64,000 nucleotides of DNA from contig MCFH01000004.1 in assembly GCA_002104945.1 (NCBI GenBank), positions 682,001 through 746,000 on the forward strand, given 5' to 3'. The notes below the pieces were generated by a model, which did no database searches, was not told the DNA's origin, and worked only from the letters and a program-made list of their open reading frames with translations. This DNA comes from Piromyces finnis finn. Its lineage: Eukaryota > Fungi > Neocallimastigomycota. The position numbers and the translations under genes were made by a program. Positions 1-21,625 of this stretch are shown one piece after another (the first letter of the stretch is position 1; every line of letters begins with the position of its first letter).

Positions 1-109
1 TTTCAATATTAACAAGATTGTGTAAAGATTTAGAGTTGTTTCATTTTAAGTAGAATAACAACCTCAACAACTTTTTTTTATATATAGTTTGAATTTAATA
101 CAAGCATAC

Positions 110-149
<40 letters not shown>

Positions 150-492
150 AATAGCAATGAAATATTAAATATTTGTTATATTAAAAATATTTACTTTTTA
201 TTTCTTTATTTCTTTAGAAAAATATTAAAAAAAAAAATTAATATTTTTATAGCATAAATATCAAAAAAAGTAGAATTAATATATTATAGGAAAATATATA
301 AATTTCTTTTAATTTTAAAATAAAATAATAATTCAAATTTATAGTTTATATGAATTAAACGTAATATGAATGAAGGAAAAAAATTTAAAGATTTTAAAAA
401 CAAGAACTTTTTTTTTTTTAATAATATAATGGGTTTAACTCAATAAAGTCTATATTCTAAATTTTTTATTAACCTCTTATGTATATATATAG

Positions 493-625
493 GTTAGTTT
501 AAATGCTTTCAACTTTTTATTCTCTGAAATGATTCAGTATTCTCAACAAAGAGTTAGTGGTACAGTTCAAGAATTAGAAAAAAAGTTTGTATAATATTTT
601 TATTTTATAAAATAAAGTAAAATAA

Positions 626-656
<31 letters not shown>

Positions 657-1494
657 GTACTTACTATATATATACATTATTTTATCTTTGTACTATTTTT
701 ATCATAAATAATGATAAAGGTTAAGTGATTTTGGATATAGAGTTGGTATTAGAGTTGTCGAACTTTTAAATTGGAGAGAAAAGAATGGTAAAAGAGAAAT
801 CAAAATACTACAAAATTTATACTTTATTCATACCAATGTTTGGAAAATGTTATTTGGTAAACAAGCCGATTCTTTAGAAAAGCATACTGAAAAAGAAGAT
901 GAATGTAAGTATAGAAAAAGGGGAGGATAAAAAAAAAAAAGATAAATAGTCTTTACTATTATTATTATTTCTCTTTTCCTTTACTCATTTTATTTTATTA
1001 TTCATCATAAATAAATAAAAAAAAAGTTATTTTATTTTTAAATAACAATACTAATTTAAGCCTATATATATAATTATATTTTTTAATAATAAAAGACATG
1101 ATTTCTGATAATGAACCAATTATTACTAAATATATCTCTGTTCCAAAGGATTATCATTCTTTAGCCTGTGGTGCTTTCTTAGCTGGTATTGTTGAAGCTA
1201 TTTTAGATGGTGCTCAATTAGTAAATATCTTTTTTTTTTTAATATTATAATTTTTAGGTTTAACAAAATTATAAAGAATAAAAAAAAATATATATAAAAA
1301 AAAAAAAAAAAGGGAGGGGGAATCATTTTTATTTATTTCATTGTTATATATACTTTTTATTTACTTTTTATTTATTTATTTAGCCTGCAAAAGTTGAAGC
1401 TTTTGCTAATCCACAAGAAGGTTTCCCAACTAAAACTACAATTGTTATTAACTTTGATCAATCCGTTATTGATAGAGAAAAGTTATTCCAATAA
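493..1494 (+). CDS. TRS31: TRAPP complex subunit 5 (Trs31); 5' exon not identified
   Basis: Exons 493-584, 720-904, 1096-1220, 1384-1494 with GT-AG borders splice to VSLNAFNFLFSEMIQYSQQRV...GYRVGIRVVELL...VWKMLFGKQADSLEK...YMISDNEPIITKYISVPKD...CGAFLAGIVEAILDG..PAKVEA...TTIVINFDQSVIDRE. These are TRAPPC5 hallmark motifs. Start codon exon unresolved. Confidence 0.93.
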
Positions 1495-1699
1495 ATTCTT
1501 TTATTTTTTTGTTATTAAAAAAAAAGAAAAAAAAAAATTCATAAACAACAATCCTGTAACAATCATTAACTACATGAACAACCAAATCATCTTAATCATA
1601 TTATTAAATATATACTTTTTTTTTTTTTTTAATTAATGATAAACCTTAATACCTTATAATATTTATGTATATAGATTAAGAATAATAATAATAAAAATA

Positions 1700-1733
<34 letters not shown>

Positions 1734-2222
1734 AAATAAATAAATAACAATATATATATATAAAAAAAAATAGTTTACTCATTCATTCATTTTAATAAAC
1801 TATTATAAAGAATTGTAAATTCATTATATTATTATTTTATATTATATATTTTTATTTTTTATTATTACTTTTTTTTTATTTATGTGCTTGAAAGAAAAAA
1901 AATTTTTTTTTTCTTTTTCTTAGTTTTTGTTGAATAAAAATTTCCTTTTTTCTTTTTTTTCCTTTTTTTTTTTTTTTACTATTATTTTTATATTTAAAGA
2001 ATATTTCTTATTAATAATATTAATAATAATTCATTAACTATTATAATATAAGAAATGAAATAGTCTTTAAAATATAAATGAAAAAAAAAAAGGGGGGGTT
2101 AAAAAATAAAATTGAAGAGGAATGCTTTTAGAGTGATGGTATTTATATTAAATAAATTGAAATAAAGATGTAAATTAATTCTTTTTTTTTTGACAAAGTA
2201 TTGAAATGTGTATCTATGTTAA

Positions 2223-2378
2223 TTAAGCCTTAGTAGCAGCAGCTTGCTTTTGTTGTTGGAATTGTAATTGAAGAGTGGCAACTTCATTCTTTTTCTTTTC
2301 TTGCTTTTCTTCAAGATCCTTGATTAATTTTTCAATTCTCTTACTATTTTATTCATTAATGAAATTTAAATAATATTG

Positions 2379-2413
<35 letters not shown>

Positions 2414-3592
2414 TTTTTTTTTTTTTTTTGGATGTGTGGGGAGTAAGAATAAATAAATAAAAATATACAATATAAATATATTTATATTTTTTAGATAAAA
2501 AAAATAAAAATGAATATTATTGTTATTATTATTTTAAGTGATATTTTAAAGAATAATAAAAATAATTATTTACATTTCACCGTTAATGTATTCTAAACGC
2601 TTATCAACATTTTGAGTAGCATCAGCTCTATCTTGTTTAACAAGAACTGGACCGATCATCTTATATATAACAGAATCATCCTTTAATTCTTTAAATTCCT
2701 TTTTTTTTTTTAAAAAAAATATATATATATATATATTGAATAAATTTTTAATAATATTTATTTATTTGATAAATTAAGTGAATATACAATTTATTGTCAT
2801 TTTCAGTGTTAAATGGATGGTTTATTATTAAAAGATTAGATAATTAATTTTAAAATACAAATGTATAATAAATTAGAATATAATTGAAAAATATATATAT
2901 ATATATATATTTAAAAGTATGAAAAATATATATTATTTTTTATTAATATATTTATGGAATATTTAAAATATATATATATATATATAAATACTTGTTGGAT
3001 AGCTTCATTTTCTTGCTTTTGAGATTCTAATTGTTGTCTTGAAGTAACAGTCTTGGTGAAATCTTTTTATATATGTATAATAATATATAAATATATCGAA
3101 TTTTAATTAGACTTTTATTTTTACTTCTTATATATGATAAAAAAGGGGGAAATAAGTATTTTTTTTTTCTTGTTTTTGTTTAAATGCAATTAAAAGAAAA
3201 ATATCATAATTTTAAAACTATAGAAAATCCTTTTATTTGTAAATATTTATTGTAACTGATATAATGTAACTATACTTTTTCATTTGTATTTAATTAAAAT
3301 AATATTTCTTTCGTCTATATATTTTATTTTTTAAATAGTAATTATTATTTTTAATATGAAAAAGGGAATTTTTATATAAACTTCTTCAATAAAAGTCATC
3401 AATTTCTTTATTAATCTGTTCTTTATTTTAGTTTATTATATATTTTATTCTAATTTTTTTTTTCTTTTTTTGTATATTGTATACCAAAATATAAGTATCT
3501 AACTATATATATATCTATTAACCTCTTTGAATATCTTGGTATTCCTTTACAGCTTTTTCTAATTGTTGTTCAAGTGTTGATTTTGAGGCCAT
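2223..3592 (-). CDS. PFDN6: Prefoldin subunit 6 (beta-type; Gim1/Yke2)
   Basis: Exons 3592-3523, 3062-2992, 2698-2574, 2343-2223 give MASKSTLEQ...RQQLESQKQENEAIQQEFKELKDDSVIYKMIGPVLVKQDRADATQNVDKRLEYINGEIKRIE...; YKxIGPVLVKQ and NVxKRLEYI are PFDN6 signatures. Confidence 0.95.
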
Positions 3593-6500
3593 TTTTATTT
3601 ATTTTCTTTATATATAGTTTTTGAAATTTTTATAATATCTATATAAAAATAAAATAATAAAAAAAATTTTTTAATAGATATGGTTTAATCACTCATACAT
3701 TACAATTTTTCAGCCAATAATATTTTTAGAAAAATTAATTAATTACATTTATTATTTACTATTTATTATTAGGTTCAACTTTTTTTTTTTTTTACCTACT
3801 ACAAAGATGTAGCCTAACTTTTTCATTGTTATATTAGTTATTATGGTGTAATATTAAAACGTTTTAGCTATTATAGAAGGGGGGAAACATATTAAAATAA
3901 TGATAATTTATTTTGCTATTTTGTTATAGATGTATATGTGTAATGTGGTATAAACACAATTATCAATGAATAAATAATATATAGATATAATTTGTTATTT
4001 TAATCGATAGTTAATAAATAATATAAACTAGAAAAATAGTATAAAAAAATTATTGAAAAAAAAAATATCCATTGTTTTATAGATATATTAATTTTAGTTC
4101 TTTATTAATCCATTATTTATAATACAATCTAATAATTAAAATAAAAAAAATAAATATTAATAGTTGTAAACTATTAGATGCCATATATCATATACATCAT
4201 AAACCATTTAATAATAATAATTTTAAGTAATGTATATCATGTTACTACATCTATAAAAGATAATTTAAATATAACTATAATATTCATAAATATATTATAA
4301 TTAATACCCAAAATTTCTTTTTTTTTTTTTGTGTGTGTGTTAAAAATAGCCGAATTTTATAGGCTATTATTATTGTATATTAATATGAAGACAAGTTTCC
4401 CCTTCTTTATCATTTATTTTATTATAATCTATAAAATAGTGCTAATGCTAATAATCTACAATCCACAATTAATTTATATTTATATTGACTAAAATTCATC
4501 ACACTTTTGGTATTCATCTATTCATTTATTGATATACTAGATAATAAAAATAATAAATGCTTTTTTAAAATATTTTAATTATACCTATGATTATTCTATA
4601 TATTACATTATATTTTTTTTATTAATCCTATAAAAAAAAAAAAATAGTCATTATAACAGTTCAATATTTCAATTATTGTATTAGATTTGAATAAAAAATT
4701 GTTGATAAATAATAGTCTTTAAAAAACATAATTTAAACTTGTGTAACGTAGATTTCAATTCATAAACAAAAAAAAAAAAAAGGTTTTAAACATAATTTCA
4801 ATCTATTTATAATAAAATAAACATTACTATTGTTGTTATTACTATTGTATATTGTATACTATTGTTGTTATTATTTACATTATTTTATATATATTTTAAT
4901 AATTCTACTCTATTATTCTATGTAGTCATTATAAATAAATAATAGAATACTATTTTAAAAAAAAAAAAATCACCATAAAACAAATTTTTTTGTACTACTA
5001 AACGTTAATTATTTTTAATTTACCTATTTATAGTATTATTAGTAAATAAAAATAAAAAAAGAGAAAAATCTTTTACTTTTTATATTTATTCTGAAAAAAA
5101 GTTATCTTTTTTTAATAATACCTAATATCCTTTAAGGCTACAACATTTTTATAATTTAATTTATCAGTTTCTTTCCATAGTTTGAAAATAATATATATTT
5201 TTAACATGGATATAATGCCAATTCTTTTAAACAAAAAAATATTTCTTTAACATTTAATTCATTCCTATTCTAGGATACATTGGCAAAAAAAAAAAAAAAA
5301 AAAGTAATGAATTTCAAAATTCTTAAAATTATTGTGGTTTTTCTCTTTCTTTTAAAAGGTTAGAGCTTTTCGTTATAGCCTTTTATATATATAGAATTTT
5401 AGATAATAATGTTTTAGATGTTTATTAAATAATAGACTTTAAATGACATTCATAATTTTATAAAAAATAGGCATTATAAGCTATGAATATATATAAGAAA
5501 TATAATATATATATATAAAGAATATATAATCAATTATAATAATAATAATACTAATGTAGGTATAGAAAGGTTTATAATTAACCTTAATTTTTCTCCAATT
5601 CAGAATAATTTAAGTTGTATGACAAAAATTTACCTATTATTTTATTTTCAATAACAATAATTTCCTTTAAAAAATGATATTTATATTCAATGAAATGTAA
5701 AATATAAATGAAAATGTATTAAATGATATAGAAAGAGGCCTTTTTATTTAATATAGATAAAAGCGAAGAAAAAGTTAATTTTTATTGTAATGATTTGACC
5801 TTTACAAAAATTAAAAAATTTTTATATTATAAATTTCTATTAATAATTAATATTTTTTAAAAAAAAAAAAAAATATAAAATTCCACTTTTGCTAAAAAAA
5901 ATAAAAAGTTAAATGGCATTAAATAAAGCGTATGGAAACTTTTACCATATAATTGATATTATTTTGTTTAAGATTCTTATCCTAAAAATTATTATAAAGT
6001 TTATATTCGTTTTCAAAAACATTAATATAACTTTTTTTCTTGACAAACTTTAAATCGTATATTAGACGAATAGTAAATCTAAATTTTATATATTTTAATA
6101 TTATTGATGTTTATTCATAATAATGATATTATGATTTTAAATAATGTTATTATTTAGATATCAATAGTTTTATGTATATATAATCGTTATTATAATGTTC
6201 TTTTTTTCTTTTTTTTTTTTTTATCCCATTTTATTAATAATTAAAACAAAAAAGTAATTGCCTTTTTTTATACTATTTTCTGACTTTTTTTTTTTTGTAT
6301 ATAAACTTTTGTATATTAAATTTTTGTATATTAAATTTTTATTATTTATATTATTCATTAATAGAATTATATATTTATTTAATATATTCAAAACATATTA
6401 TTAATATAATATCTATAATATCTATTTTATATATTACTAATCCAATTTTATTTATATATAAAACGAAATGAAGAAAAAAAAAAAAAGTTTTCTTTAAAAA

Positions 6501-6958
6501 AAAAAAAGAAAAAAAAAAAAAACTTTTTTCTTAATTTATACAAATTAATAAAAAAGTTGATTATTTAACATTAAAACCTTTAATAATAACAGAAGTAATA
6601 TTGTTTTATTTTAGGGTAATTTTTATAATAAGAAAATATCGGATATTTTGTAAATAAGAAAAAAAAAAAATAGTAATACGAAAAAGTTAAAATAAATATA
6701 TTTTAATTTGTAAATTTTGATAATAATAAATAGAAAGGTAATAATACCAAAATAAAATGTAAAGAAATTTCATTCAATAAAAATAAAGAAATAAACAAAA
6801 TAATAGAAATATTAGAATTAATGACATATATAAAATCAAAACAACAACAATCTATAAGACAATGGAACAAAGTAAATAAATAAAGAATAATGCAATAAAT
6901 AGAAATGTCAACATCCATGGTATTAATAAATCGTTAGCCAATACAAAAGCAAACAATG

Positions 6959-6992
<34 letters not shown>

Positions 6993-7621
6993 AACGAAAT
7001 AAAAAAAGAAGAAAAAAATATGATTAATAATTCTTTGAAAATTTTTTATGTTATATAGTTAACTGTTGATATTCTAATAATTTATAAATATTTAAATTTC
7101 AACCTTTTAATTTATTCTATACTTATAATCAAGTAAATTAATTAAAATATATCATTAACAATAATATTTTTTTTTATTTTTTATTTTATTTTCTATATTT
7201 TATATTTTATATATTATTTATATTATTTATTTTTCATTTGGAATTGGAATAATAATACAGTAAACGATAAATAAATAAATAAAACAATAATAAATAGAAT
7301 CAAAATAAAAAAAAAAAAAGAGAAAAGAATTCACTCTTTTATATATTCTTATTATAGTAATACATTATTTAAGAATATACCAACTAAACAATAAAAAAAT
7401 AATAGAATAAATAAATTTAAAATCAATAATTAAATCATATAAATTCAATTTTACATAGTTTTTAATTATTTAATTAAAGAAATCTTTTTGAAAATTTATA
7501 CAAACATAAAATCAACAATATTTATATTTAATACTTTTAATAATAATTTAAAATAATATTAATCATCATAATTAACAACTATAGAATTATATATAAATAA
7601 TAATAATTAATATTAAGAAAA

Positions 7622-10007
7622 ATGTCAAATCAACAAATTGAAACTGATTCAAATCTATTATCATTAGCAGAAATGAAAGGGGAAGAGCAAGTAGAAAGTC
7701 CAGATAGTGAAGAACTTTTAATTAAAGCGTCAAATAAAGGTAAAATAAAAGAATCACAAGATTTTGAGGATAAACCACCACTTATTAATGAAAAGAAAAG
7801 TAATTCCAGTTTATCATTTAAAGCAATTAATGATAATCAATTATCCTATAATGTAAGTAAAGGAAAAAGTACTCAAAAATTATATAAAGAACCATCAAGT
7901 AGCGTAATAAGTGATATCGATCAAGATAATATAAGTGTTACTACTTCTGTTGTTACTGATGCATCAGATATTAATAATATTAAAGTACATCAAAGTAATT
8001 CTCAATCCTTAAGAAATAAACGCTTTAGTTATAATAGTCCAAGTAACACAAATGGTCATCATTGGACAACTAATTCAAGTACCATAAATAATATAGCTTC
8101 TGCACCTTCTTCTTCTTCAAATGTTGCTGCTTCATCATCAAACTCATCATTACCTAACGCAAATAATGCAAATAGTAACAGTAACAATGGCCGTAGATTG
8201 TCATTGACATCTCGTGGACTTTCAGGTTCATTTGTTGAATTAATTAATATGACACTTAATTCAAATAACAATAATTCAAATAATAATAATAATAATAATA
8301 ATAACATAAATACTGCTTCATCACAACATCCTTTTAATGGAAATGTATCTATTGGTAATGATTCCCACCCAATAAGTTTTAATTTTGAAAATGTAGATTC
8401 TTATGAAACTGAAGAAAATAATCAAAGACCATCCCAAGTTGGTCCTGGTAGAGCAGCATGGATTCTTTTCAGGTATGAAAAATAAGAAAAAAAAATTTTT
8501 TTTTTTTTTTTGGTATATAAAAATGCATATCATCTTGTTGTATAATATATAATATATAATATATATAATATATATTATAAAGGGTTATTTATTATATATA
8601 AATATGAATTGATGCTATGTTATATTAATTATATATGATGGTTTCACAATATTTATTAAATATATTAATTATATGATTATTAATAATATAATGATGAATT
8701 ATTGTTAAATTCCTCTATTTTATTTTTATAATATATTCTATAGGGTATATGCTGTTGTTAAATTCTTATGGTCATTTGTTTTCAGTGTTCTCTACTTTGT
8801 ACATTTTATTATTATAAAGTAAGAATAAAGCAAACCAATCCAAAAAAAAAAAATTAAATTATTTATTTATGATTATTTTGATATAGATAAAAGAATAATA
8901 GTTTATTAATATTTCAAAATAAAAAAAAAAAAAATTTTATAATTTTCATATTATAATAGAAGCAAATCTTGTGATCAAAAAATATATAAATACTCAGTGG
9001 CACTTACTGTTGTTTATGCAATACAAGCTATTTCTACTTTAATTTTAATCATTTATTTACCAACTAGTATTACTAGATATACCAATGTTGTAAGAAGAAG
9101 GTAAGAATTTTATTAATAATAATAATAAGTTTTTTTCAATTATATATTATAATATAAAATTTATAATAGCACATCTTCAACTATTTTATTGAACTCTAGT
9201 AATTTCTAATTTTTTATTTTAAATTACATATACAGAGTTGTTATATCAAACCGTGCTTGGAGAATAACCTCATATACTGTAATATTTGAAGTTATTATGG
9301 TTATTATTGGCGCAGTATTAATATTTAATAAGGATCCACTTTGCGTAAGTTCTTTTATCCCTTTTTTTTGTTTGTTTGTTTATTTAAAATCAAAGTTCTT
9401 TAATAATTATAGTTAAACAAATTATTAATGTTTTTAAAAATCTATAAATATTTTAATATGAATTTTATTCTATAGTCTTTCAATGAGAATATGGCTTATG
9501 TTAAAATTACCAAGGTTCTTATTATTATGGTAATTTCCTTCTACACATTAATATGTTTACCATTCTTCCTTATACCATGTATTTGCGCTTTTAAACTTTT
9601 ACCAGAATACAAGGGTATATCTGATAAAGTTTTAAAGAGATTCAATTCTATTCTTTATAATCCTACTGAAGAAGTAGATGAAGAAGATGCACCATCTTGT
9701 TCTATTTGTATGGAAAACTACAAACCAGGAACAAGAATTAAGCGATTACCATGTAAACATGAGTTCCATCCCGAATGCATTACCCAATGGCTTGAAACCA
9801 ATAATTCATGGTAAGTTTTTTTTTTTCTATTGCATATTTTATATATAAATTTTTTAAGAATATGATTATAATAAGAATCACAAGTAATTAACAAATATAT
9901 ATTGTATATCTATAAATATCTATAAATATTTATTAATACCTATTCTCTATATCAATTTATTTTCATACCACCAAAACAGTCCAATTTGTAGACAATCTTT
10001 CAAATAA
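7622..10007 (+). CDS. Multi-pass membrane RING-H2 E3 ubiquitin ligase
   Basis: About 6 exons (7622-8472, 8744-8818, ~8962-9100, ~9236-9344, ~9477-9811, 9980-10007). Long S/N-rich N-terminus, 4-5 hydrophobic helices, then C-terminal CSICMENY...[26 protein letters not shown]. The last CPICR is completed only by splicing. Confidence 0.9.
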
Positions 10008-10319
10008 AATTTTCATTAAAAAACTATCAAAAAAAAATAAAAAAAAATAAATAATTAAATAAAATAAAATAAAATAAATACTAAAAAAAAAAAAAAAAAA
10101 ACATGTTTGACACATATATATTATAATTTTTTTTAATTCAATTAAATTATTACATTTAATATAATACGTATTAATGCAGCATTATATACAATATATGCAA
10201 TATGCAATATACACATAATTTTTTTTTATTATAATCATTATTTTTTTTTTTTTTTTGCTAGATATTTAAATAAAAATAAACATAAAAATAATTATATAAT
10301 TATTATTATTTTTGTTTTT

Positions 10320-10351
<32 letters not shown>

Positions 10352-10497
10352 TGAAACTAAGAATTATTGGTATAATATATTATAAATAAATATATATGTA
10401 TCCTTTTTTTTTTTTCTTTTTTTTTTTTCTTCATGATTACTATTATAGAAATAAATAAAAAATAATATAATAAAATTCTTTTTATATAATTATTATA

Positions 10498-18097
<7,600 letters not shown>

Positions 18098-19702
18098 CTT
18101 GCCTCAACAATTTTATTTTTAATATAATTTTTCTTTTTTTTTTATTTTATTTTTTCTCCAATTGAATGTAAACTTCTTCGCCAATATTTCTTTCTTTATT
18201 TTTGTTTCCTTTTTTATAAAAACTAAATAATTTAGCTTTAAAAAACACAAATTAAGATAGTGTAATTGTGTTTTATTATAATAGAACAATAATTATGTGC
18301 TCTACAAAATTACTAAATGGGAATACAAAATATTTAACTATTTAATTTATAAATAATTAATAATTTGAATTTCAAAATAATTATAGATCATTTCTCTTTG
18401 TTTTATGTTCTAGTTATTAAGAGTATTATAAAAATACTATTTTATTGGAAATAAATTTAAAATATAATGGTGATTAGGAAATAATTTAACCTTGTTTAAT
18501 CTTATATTCCCAATAAAATAGTTCTACTCTTTTCGATTTTTTATTCTTTCCAATTATGAATATCTTAAATGTTATAAAAGTCTGGGTATTGTATGATTTA
18601 TCAATTCTACCTTTTCTTCAATAGAATCTTTATTTTAAAGTAAAATAAATATATACACAATTAATTTAAATAGTTGACATTGTAATAATTAAAATTTGAA
18701 TTTGTTTTAATAAAAAAAAATTAAAATTTTAAAATTTATTTAAATATAATAATTAAAGTTTGGATCGTTTATTGAAAATTTTTTATTATTCCATTATTTC
18801 ATTCATAAAAATTATAAAAATTGAAATGATAATAATTAAAGAAATAATATTAAAGGGAATAATATAAGGAAATAATAAATAAAAATAGCATCATTAAATG
18901 GTTAAATAAATCAATACCTATTTCAATCAAATAAAAAACAAGACTTATTTCATAATCTTCATACATAAAATACTAATTAATGTTAATATTGCTTATGAAA
19001 GCTACTTAATAATCTTGAATATTGAGTAAGACTTTTTTATTTCAATTATTAAATTCATATTGAATATATCAATACATAGGATCAATATTCAAAAGAACAA
19101 AAGAACGATTAAAAAAGAGTTAAAATGAATGTTAACCATCAATATATAATCACTTTTTTCTAATGCTTTATATGTACATTTAATACTTTTTAATAAGTAT
19201 TGCATAAGCTTTTAATTTATGAACTTGATCTTATTTAGTATTCTTATGTAGTTCTTTAAGGTCATTTTAATCACCGAGTTTTTTATACTTTAAAAAAAGA
19301 CGATACAGTGCAAGAAAGAATTGAATAAAGCTTCACTTTTTTATACCCTTCCTGGTCTTTTTTTTTTTAAAAACTGAAATTTTAAAAAGTTTAAAACTTA
19401 TCTTTTAACTTCATTTTATGCCAATCATATACATCTATAATATATGAATGAATATAATTCTAATTTATAAAATTAAAATTAAGAATAATTAAAACTTTTT
19501 TTTTTTAAAGATTATGTGTAAAAATGTGTATTAGTAAAATATCATAATTAATATATTTATCTAAATATATAAATATATTAAAATTAATTAAATAATATAT
19601 TAGGGAATAGTATTTAACATTAATTACAGAAATGAATAAATTCAAAAAAAAAAAAAAAAGTTTTTATTTTCAAATTCTTTTTTATTAAATAATTAAAGTA
19701 AA

Positions 19703-21070
19703 ATGTCTATTTTTACACCTATTAATCAATTAAAATTAACAAACGTTTCCGTTGTAAGATTAAAGAAAGGAGGAAAACGTTTTGAGATTGCTTGTTATAA
19801 AAATAAAGTATTAGAATGGAGAAAAAATGTGTATGTTTTTTATTAGGTTATTTGTAAAATAAATCAATTTTAAATTTATAATTAATATTTAGATATTGAC
19901 AATTTATTAAATTTAAACCCTTATTGTCTTTTATATATTTATTATTTTATTAGTGAAACAGATATTGATGAAGTTTTACAAATCCACAATGTATTCAATA
20001 ACGTATCAAAGGGTTTAACTTCTAAGAAAGATGATTTAGTTAAAGCTTTTAAAACTGATGACATTGAAAAAATTATTTTAGAAGTAATTATAAATAAAAT
20101 ATAATTTTATTAAAATATTAGACTTTAGGCACTTATTTATTTCATATATAATATTTCTTTTATATATATAATCTCTTTTAATATTTTTTTATGAATATTC
20201 ATTCTTTTAAATATTAAATACAATTTCAAAATCAATATAAAATATATATTATCAATAAAATAAAAATATTCTTATGAATTATAATTTTTTTTAAAAAAAA
20301 TAAAGATATTGAAAAAAGGAGAATTACAAGTTAGTGAAAAAGAACGAAACCAACAGATTTCGACAAAATATCGAGATATAGCAACAATTGTAGCCGAGAA
20401 ATGTGTTAATCCAGATACTAAAAGACCATACACTGTTACTATGATTGAAAAGGCCATGAATGATCTTCATTTCTCTGTCAATCCAAACAGAAATGCTAAA
20501 CAACAAGTAATATATAAAGCATTTTAAATTGAATTTTTAAACAATAATAATAGAAAGGAATTATTAATCATAATAATATAATAATTAAAATAATAATTAA
20601 AATAATTAAAAAAAAAGGCTTTAGATGTAATTCGTCAAATTCAAGAAAAGAATATTATGCCAATTGCTAGAGCTCAAATGCGTTTAAGAATAGCTTTACC
20701 AGCTAAGGAAGGCAAAAAGATAAAGGAAAAATTGTTATCTTTAATAGCTAATGTTGAAGATGAAGATTACTCTGATGGTTATGAATTGGTAATAAAAATA
20801 TGAATAAAAACAATATAAATTGACAAAATGGAAATATTAATAATATTATTTATTATTGTTTAATTGATTTTAACCTATTTCATATTATTGTTATTTCAAA
20901 AATAATGTATATTGATAATTATATATTTTATTCTTTAAAACTAGATTTGTGTTATTGATCCAGGAAACTTTAGAAATATTAGTGATTTAATTCAAAAGGA
21001 AACTAAAGGTAAATCTCAATTAGAACTCTTAAACTTAGCTGATACCCGTGAAGGTGACCAAAAATTCTAA
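19703..21070 (+). CDS. SDO1: Ribosome maturation factor SDO1/SBDS
   Basis: Exons 19703-19830, 19954-20083, 20306-20506, 20618-20788, 20945-21070: [36 protein letters not shown]...[14 protein letters not shown]...[22 protein letters not shown]...[14 protein letters not shown]...[10 protein letters not shown]. Confidence 0.98.
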
Positions 21071-21625
21071 GCTCGAAAAAAAATGAATCAAAATAACGGA
21101 TTACCCTGTCAAAGTTTTAATAGAAATGTAAAAATTTACATATCAAAAATAATTAATAAAAAAAAGAAAAAGAAAAAGAAAGGATTTTTTAAATTAATAA
21201 CAATAATAAGTAAATAAATAAATAAATAATACCTCGTAATATATTTAAATAGAGATATGAGAAAAATTTAAAATATTAATATAGTTATAGAAGTTGATAC
21301 ACATTGTTAGATTTTTCTTTTTCTATTTTTTTTTTTTTTTCATTTTAAAAAAAAAAATAATAATAATAATTATTTTTGTAAATATGTATAAATTATTTTA
21401 AAAAGTTATAAATGCAAACCTATTAATAAACTTAATAAAGTAAATAAAAAAAATGTTATTAGAAATAATTTGAGAATTTATAAAAATAAAATAAGAAAAT
21501 AATCTTTATTTTAATTGTTAATTGTTATTATTTAATGAATTATAAAATCAAAATCAAAATGATATAAATATAAAAAGGGTATGTTATATATCATTAAGTA
21601 TTATATATATAAATAAATAAAAGAT

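Noticed and set aside
1394-1636. 80-aa plus-strand ORF
   Set aside because: Out-of-frame overlap with the last TRS31 exon and its 3' UTR.
4382-4425. Minus-strand NDKEGETCLHI, resembling an ankyrin-repeat start
   Set aside because: Single motif followed by a stop within a few codons; no further repeats nearby.
6703-6918. 71-aa hydrophobic Cys-containing ORF
   Set aside because: Composition is what the reverse complement of A-rich intergenic/UTR DNA gives; no motif or splice context. Cannot be fully excluded as a micropeptide.
8059-8533. Minus-strand ORFs 8059-8307 and 8321-8533
   Set aside because: Antisense shadows of the RING ligase first exon and intron.
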